Virus record (IMG/VR): IMGVR_UViG_3300020413_000037 | Span: 1-32,855 of that record | DNA length: 32,855 nucleotides | Strand: one strand, 5' to 3' | From: a virus | Lineage: Duplodnaviria; Caudoviricetes | In this document: positions 26,530-32,855 of the stretch, in pieces | Position numbering within the stretch: the stretch's first letter is position 1 | Layout of the letters: each line of letters opens with the position of its first letter | The notes under the pieces: generated by a model | Databases searched by the model: none | What the model was told of the DNA's origin: nothing | What the model saw: only the letters and a program-made list of their open reading frames with translations | Position numbers and translations under genes: made by a program

Positions 26530-26801
26530 TACACTTGCGGTAGTTTAGCTCGAGTAGTTCGTTTAATACAATTCAATCTTTGTGCATCTGCACGAAGTTT
26601 TTCTTTAAGTGGTTTAGAAATAAGTTTGTTTACTGTAGTCAATTCAATGTCATGTTCTTCACAATAACAAATCACTGCCTCCATGTAATTTAATTCTCCT
26701 TTACAAGCAAGGAAGATCTTTTCTATTTCCATTGAGAATTTAGAAGCGGTTAAAAATTTACCGTCCAATAAATTTTCGAGTTCATCCTTTTGTTGTTTCA
26801 T
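26529..26801 (-). CDS. gp33: Late promoter transcription co-activator
   Basis: FSMEIEK...NYMEAV..YCEE..IE...KLISKPLKEKL..DA..LN; start moved to the ATG at 26801. Confidence 0.9.
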   Translation of the reverse strand: MKQQKDELENLLDGKFLTASKFSMEIEKIFLACKGELNYMEAVICYCEEHDIELTTVNKLISKPLKEKLRADAQRLNCIKRTTRAKLPQV

Positions 26802-27444
26802 TAAATGCTTTCCAGTCCTTGATGTATTGCATAAGTAATCTAATAAATTTGGACTTGTTGTATTCTTCATAGACTTCACATTCTCCATTTTCACATGACA
26901 TGATAATTACTAGTTTTTTAACAGTTAGACCTGTTAATTCATATAACATACAAGCATAAGCAGCTGCTTGTACAAAGTATCCTTCAATCCACTTTCTAGG
27001 TTTTGGTTCCTTAGAAGTTTTGAAGTCCACGATGGCGAGTTCACCGTTGTATTCTGCAATGCAGTCAACAGTTCCTGCTACACCTAACTGTATACTATAT
27101 AGTGGTTTTTCTAGAGCGTATATATTATCAAGATTATTTAAAAAAGGTTTAGATATTTTAAATAAAAAATCTGATAATGGTTGAACCTCTGGAAGTTCTA
27201 AATTTTTTAGATAGTATTCAGTAATTGTATGAGTGTCAGTACCACGACTGGCAGCTCTTCTAGAAATTTTGTTTGCTTCTACAGTACCAACTCTGCGGCG
27301 CCATTCTGCAATTGATTTTCTAGATTTATGACTGGTAATAGATGTTATAGATGGAAGTTTTTGATCTCCAACCTTATAATATCTTGTACCATTTAGATTG
27401 ACTCTTTTTAAAGGAGTCACATCTATTTCACAGTGATTAAACAT
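26782..27444 (-). CDS. PD-(D/E)XK exonuclease
   Basis: LPSITSI, RGTDTH, AGTVDCIAEY...IVDFKTS and YFVQAAAYA. Confidence 0.88.
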   Translation of the reverse strand: MFNHCEIDVTPLKRVNLNGTRYYKVGDQKLPSITSITSHKSRKSIAEWRRRVGTVEANKISRRAASRGTDTHTITEYYLKNLELPEVQPLSDFLFKISKPFLNNLDNIYALEKPLYSIQLGVAGTVDCIAEYNGELAIVDFKTSKEPKPRKWIEGYFVQAAAYACMLYELTGLTVKKLVIIMSCENGECEVYEEYNKSKFIRLLMQYIKDWKAFNETTKG

Positions 27445-28187
27445 TACAACCCAGCATTGATTTTAGCTATCAGATAACTTCTAATCAATCCAGAACGAAC
27501 GATATCAGGTATACCAAATTCAGTTACACCAAACTCTTCCATAGTTCTAATAATACCAAGGAAGTTATATACGCCATTCCTTTCATTAGTTTTCACTAAA
27601 TCAGATTGTAAAGCATCGCCGCAGAACATAACTTTAGTATCTTCTCCGACTCTTGTTATTATACTATCTAATTCATGAAAATTCAAGTTTTGACATTCAT
27701 CTATGATAACAATTGATCTATCTAATGTAGTTCCTCGAATGAAACTTGTAGACCAAAATGAAATAGTATCTTGTACTTTTAAATTGTTATAGAGATTATC
27801 AAATGAATCATCATCAGGCATCTCAAACATATATTGTACCATCTGTTTGTATGGTATCTGATATAAAAATGATTTATCCTCATGATCGCCAGGCAAGAAA
27901 CCAATCTCTCTTGTTGCTACAAGAGATCTTACAATATAAATTTTATCGTAAGGAGTATGGTCATCAAACACAGCTCTTAAAGCTAAATACAATGCAACAA
28001 AAGTTTTACCTGTACCAGCAGCACCATAAAGATATAAGTTTTTACCATCTTTCCAATCAGCAAATACTTTATCTTGAGCTGGAGTTAGAGGTTCAATATC
28101 TAAAAGATACTGAGAATTAATAGGTCTCTTTCTTTTTAATACTTTATCTGAAGTTTCTGATAGAGACTTCTTCTTAGTTCTTGCCAT
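27444..28187 (-). CDS. phoH: PhoH-family ATPase
   Basis: GAAGTGKT, IGFLPG, FIRGTT, IIDECQN, GDALQSDL and DIVRSG. Confidence 0.96.
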   Translation of the reverse strand: MARTKKKSLSETSDKVLKRKRPINSQYLLDIEPLTPAQDKVFADWKDGKNLYLYGAAGTGKTFVALYLALRAVFDDHTPYDKIYIVRSLVATREIGFLPGDHEDKSFLYQIPYKQMVQYMFEMPDDDSFDNLYNNLKVQDTISFWSTSFIRGTTLDRSIVIIDECQNLNFHELDSIITRVGEDTKVMFCGDALQSDLVKTNERNGVYNFLGIIRTMEEFGVTEFGIPDIVRSGLIRSYLIAKINAGL

Positions 28188-28189
28188 AA

Positions 28190-28432
28190 TTAGTAAGAGT
28201 TAGGATCAAATGTAGCGCCTGGATGATGATTTTTAATGTTAGTTAATACATCTTTAAATCCACCATCAACTTTTGCCTTCCAGTGACCTACCTCACCACA
28301 TCCAGCAACACCAGCTTGCCAATCTCTATGCCAGTTAGGATTATCTGAATACCATTGATCTATATCATGGATACTCATAGAGACTTCTTTTTTCTCTCCA
28401 GTTTCTTTGTGTATAACAGGATAAATTGCCAT
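28190..28432 (-). CDS. Conserved hypothetical protein
   Basis: 80-aa ORF (MAIYPV..KETGE) coupled to phoH; CTAAATA late-promoter-like element at 28455-28461. Confidence 0.7.
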   Translation of the reverse strand: MAIYPVIHKETGEKKEVSMSIHDIDQWYSDNPNWHRDWQAGVAGCGEVGHWKAKVDGGFKDVLTNIKNHHPGATFDPNSY

Positions 28433-28461
28433 AATTAATGAATCTTTACAAAGTTATTTAG

Positions 28462-29864
<1,403 letters not shown>

Positions 29865-29889
<25 letters not shown>

Positions 29890-30515
29890 CCTAATGCCTC
29901 ACTTACAATTGGAAATTCTCCTATAAAAATACATTGAACTGCTCTTGCAACATTCATATGTTCTTTCTGTGTACCATGTCCTGTTCTTAATTCAATATAA
30001 TGAACCCATGATCGAACACTACCTGTCATATACAAACGAGTTGGTGTAGCAAGTGGTAGAATAAATCTAGCACATTCTTTTGCAACTCCAGCTTCTAACA
30101 TCTCTTTATAAATTTTCATTCCATCGACAAAATGCCTCTGCATTTTCAATTCAAAATCTTGAACTACAAATGGATCTAAATCATCAATACTATTCTGTCT
30201 ATTCTTATTGTCTTGTCTTCTTAATTCTGGTATAGGAATTTCCTTACCCAACATACTACTGTCAGCATATCGTTGACTAAACTCTTGAAATGTAAAACTT
30301 CTATGTCGTAATATTTGTGCAGCAAGTCCTCTAGTGGTATTAATTTCCACTGTCATATGTGCCTGTTCAAATACCGACCAGTGACCGTGCTTGATGCAAT
30401 AACCTAACAAACCACTTACGTTTGGATTGTCCTGATTGTTGGGGTTGCTGACTCTCGCTACATACCCCATTGTCTCCTCTGCTTTCGGAGTCACACTTAC
30501 CAGATTTACTTTCAT
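29865..30515 (-). CDS. thyX: Flavin-dependent thymidylate synthase
   Basis: HWSVFEQ, QILRHRSFTFQEFSQRY, ECARFILP and TQKEH; start at ATG 30515 (MKVNLVS). Confidence 0.96.
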
Positions 30516-30618
30516 GTTTTCGGAATAGTTTTGCATATAGAACGTCCTGTTTACTATAATAATCTGGACGTTTTTTATAAATTTTTATAATCTTCTTCGC
30601 TGCTTTTTTATCGTTCAT
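30367..30618 (-). CDS. Small basic hypothetical protein
   Basis: MNDKKAAKKIIK...Y.K.DV.YAKL; start overlaps the upstream stop (ATGA); C-terminal part overlaps thyX. Confidence 0.5.
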   Translation of the reverse strand: MNDKKAAKKIIKIYKKRPDYYSKQDVLYAKLFRKHESKSGKCDSESRGDNGVCSESQQPQQSGQSKRKWFVRLLHQARSLVGI

Positions 30619-30881
30619 TTTTTCTTCTTTTTTGGCGGTGGCGCCGTTTGTATTTTCCATAAGTATGGAGCAATTCTTCCTTCGGATTGTTTCATCCATT
30701 GGAAACCTTTTTTATATTTGTCGTAGTAGTGATCAAATAGTTCTACTTTAGTACCAGCGACAGTAATATCATGGTGAATTGATCCTGTATTATCTTTTTT
30801 ATAACAAATTAAGTAAGCAGTATAAGGTAATTTCTTATCTTCTGCTAACTTAGGATCACAATCTTCATGAAGTATCATCAT
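30615..30881 (-). CDS. Conserved hypothetical cyanophage protein
   Basis: 88 aa, ILHEDCDP...LPYTAYL...FDHYYDKY; ATGA-coupled to neighbours. Confidence 0.75.
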   Translation of the reverse strand: MMILHEDCDPKLAEDKKLPYTAYLICYKKDNTGSIHHDITVAGTKVELFDHYYDKYKKGFQWMKQSEGRIAPYLWKIQTAPPPKKKKK

Positions 30882-31330
30882 GATCTCTTACCCCATTGTA
30901 TATCAGGGAATGCTTCATCTACACATGCTTTAGTAATCTTATATTTCTTTTGAAGATTACCATCTTTAATTAAACAAATTAAAGATGCTTCGTCAGCATG
31001 TAAACCTTCAAGCAGTTGAAGAAACATTCTTTCTCTTGTAGGTCTGTTTAGAGTATTGTTACCACCTTTTACAAAGTGATATAAAGTTCTATACTCCTTC
31101 AAGAGTCTTGAGTGTTCAGTACCAGCTGGTGCATCATTAGGTGTATAAGGTACTTCACCTTCTGGAACCATACTTACTACACTAGTATCATAATTCCATA
31201 TTAAAACTGAAGTTAAAGCATCTGTTCTTAGTTGCTTTAATAGTTCAATTTTTTTTGGTTTTGTTTTTGCATTAGATACTTTCTGCAAAACTTCAGAAAG
31301 TAACATTTGGTTTTTGTCAAGTTCGGCCAT
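30878..31330 (-). CDS. Conserved T4-like phage hypothetical protein
   Basis: 150 aa, PEGEVPY...RERMFLQLLEGLH.DEA...KD; downstream of rnh. Confidence 0.8.
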   Translation of the reverse strand: MAELDKNQMLLSEVLQKVSNAKTKPKKIELLKQLRTDALTSVLIWNYDTSVVSMVPEGEVPYTPNDAPAGTEHSRLLKEYRTLYHFVKGGNNTLNRPTRERMFLQLLEGLHADEASLICLIKDGNLQKKYKITKACVDEAFPDIQWGKRS

Positions 31331-31331
31331 C

Positions 31332-32189
31332 TTAAAAGTCCTCCAAGTTATTCATTAATGAAACCAATTTATGTTCTACAAAATAGTCAACAGACAATTT
31401 TGTTTTATCGTTACTATTTAACGACTTAAATTCATCGAGAATTTTAGATCTTAAATCATCAGGAATACATTCCAGATCTATAAGCTTTTTATTTCTCTTA
31501 TAATTATCAAGTTTTTCTTTAGTATTACAGAACACAGATGGATCAGCATAGATCCATTTCTCTAAGTTCTTTTTACTAATAGGTCTTTGCCTTTTATTTG
31601 TTACAAAAGTATCACCAGAGGATAAGAAGTTTGGTATACCATCGCTTCTATCTCCTTTAATGATATGTTCTGCAATGTATTCTATAGGATTAAAATCTGC
31701 TACAAAAGTTTTTTGCAAAGGATTATACTGAGTTACAGTATTAAATTTTCTCAGTTGAATAAAATCTTTATCACCAGATAAAATAAGTATCTGATCTTTA
31801 GGATATTTCTGAGATAGATGTTTACATAAAGCACTGATAATATCATCTGCTTCAGCACCATCTACTTCCATCACAATATAAGGAAGGTTACTCCTTATCT
31901 CGTCACGAATTTTATTTAAGATTTCAAAGATAGCGTTCCAATCATAGTTAGATTTTTCTCTATCTTTTTTTCTATTTTGTTTGTAATAGGGGAAAAAATC
32001 CTTTCTCCAATAGTGTTTACTATCGTAACAAAGAATCATATCGCCATATTTTTCTCTAAACTTTCTATTGTAAGATTTTAGAGAGTTCAATACCATGTGA
32101 CGAACTAGATTTTCATCAAGTTTTTCGCCAACCTTTAGTGACATCATCAGATTACTGATCATGCATTGGTTCATGTCAACGAGAATCAT
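31332..32189 (-). CDS. rnh: T4-type RNase H (5'-3' exonuclease)
   Basis: ILVDMNQ, YWRK..FPYYK.NRK, EADDII, SGDKDFIQL and GDRSDGIPN. Confidence 0.95.
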   Translation of the reverse strand: MILVDMNQCMISNLMMSLKVGEKLDENLVRHMVLNSLKSYNRKFREKYGDMILCYDSKHYWRKDFFPYYKQNRKKDREKSNYDWNAIFEILNKIRDEIRSNLPYIVMEVDGAEADDIISALCKHLSQKYPKDQILILSGDKDFIQLRKFNTVTQYNPLQKTFVADFNPIEYIAEHIIKGDRSDGIPNFLSSGDTFVTNKRQRPISKKNLEKWIYADPSVFCNTKEKLDNYKRNKKLIDLECIPDDLRSKILDEFKSLNSNDKTKLSVDYFVEHKLVSLMNNLEDF

Positions 32190-32191
32190 AA

Positions 32192-32425
32192 TTACTCTTC
32201 TTCGAGTTCCTCCTCCTCTTCTGGTGTAGGAAACATTACTGTTAAAAGTTCTGTTTGATCTACAGTACCATCTTCATTAAGCATCTCTGGATGAGATATA
32301 GCTTTTGCATATGCAGCATTATCTAGATAAGAATCTACATAGTCTTTAGCTATCCAACTTGTAAGTGATCCTAGAATAAAAGCTCCTAGAGTCAGTAATA
32401 CAACTATTGCTGTTAAATCAATCAT
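32192..32425 (-). CDS. Small membrane protein
   Basis: ATG at 32425 after a GGAG Shine-Dalgarno; N-terminal hydrophobic helix, HPEM motif, acidic tail. Confidence 0.7.
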   Translation of the reverse strand: MIDLTAIVVLLTLGAFILGSLTSWIAKDYVDSYLDNAAYAKAISHPEMLNEDGTVDQTELLTVMFPTPEEEEELEEE

Positions 32426-32476
32426 GGCGTACTCCAATCTTGTAATTATTTAGAGAGGAGAAGATATTTCCTAATC

Positions 32477-32505
32477 AGTATAACACATCAATATGATACT
32501 GTCAA
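32477..32505 (-). promoter_or_regulatory. Sigma70-type promoter upstream of the rnh-thyX-pebS-phoH block
   Basis: TTGACA (32505-00), 17-nt spacer, TATACT (32482-77) with a TG extension; CTAAATA late-like element at 32447-32453. Confidence 0.78.
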
Positions 32506-32804
32506 TCCTTTCGTTTTATTTCCATGTCATCTAAACCTTTAACTTTAGATGGCGTAGTGGTAATAATAGTGGTAGGTTTGTTTTCCTTCTCCCATGTTTC
32601 TACTATATTTTTTGCTTGTATATCAACAGTTTTCATTGTATTTTCAATCTTAATATCAATCCATTTTTGTTTTAACCATTCAATAAAACCTAATGCAAGA
32701 TGTTGTATAAATGGGTTTTTAAATTTCTTCTTAACCCATCTTTCAGCTTTATCGTACCAAGGATCTACACCCTTACCAAATTGTTTTTCAAATTCTATTT
32801 TCAT
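32502..32804 (-). CDS. Hypothetical protein
   Basis: 100-aa ORF in the same orientation as neighbours, ATGA-coupled to the upstream frame. Confidence 0.7.
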   Translation of the reverse strand: MKIEFEKQFGKGVDPWYDKAERWVKKKFKNPFIQHLALGFIEWLKQKWIDIKIENTMKTVDIQAKNIVETWEKENKPTTIITTTPSKVKGLDDMEIKRKD

Positions 32805-32855
32805 AAGATTTCTTTCAGAATAAACTCATTAGATAATATAGGATCACCAAATAGA
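32801..32855 (-). CDS. 3' end of an unidentified gene entering from the right edge
   Basis: Open frame ...LFGDPILSNEFILKEIL* ending in an ATGA overlap with the next ORF. Confidence 0.45.
   Translation of the reverse strand, partial: LFGDPILSNEFILKEIL

Noticed and set aside
26782-27444. Exonuclease as Cas4/CRISPR component
   Set aside because: No Fe-S cysteine cluster pattern, no cas genes or array nearby; standard T4-like exonuclease next to phoH.

Overview
AT-rich window from a T4-like marine cyanomyophage (Kyanoviridae-type, probably infecting Prochlorococcus or Synechococcus). Almost all genes are on the minus strand. Left to right: the 5' end of psbA with its structured leader and promoter; a cluster of tail-fibre/virion genes (Gly-rich adhesin-like protein, small fibre proteins, a 1004-aa split-vWA protein, a 1763-aa structural protein); the baseplate hub module (gp5, cp12, gp27-like, two tape-measure-like paralogues, gp51, gp26, gp54-like, gp2, gp4, and gp48/gp53 on +); then replication and auxiliary genes (gp32, gp59, gp33, exonuclease, phoH, denV-like, pebS, thyX, rnh). 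The most striking observation is a ~154-aa helical insertion in the 1763-aa protein. By eye it aligns nearly ungapped with phycobiliprotein beta subunits and keeps both Cys82- and Cys155-equivalent cysteines. The same window encodes the phycoerythrobilin synthase PebS, so a bilin-carrying (light-sensing or photoprotective) virion protein is a plausible hypothesis. All family calls come from motif recognition by eye; no database searches were run.
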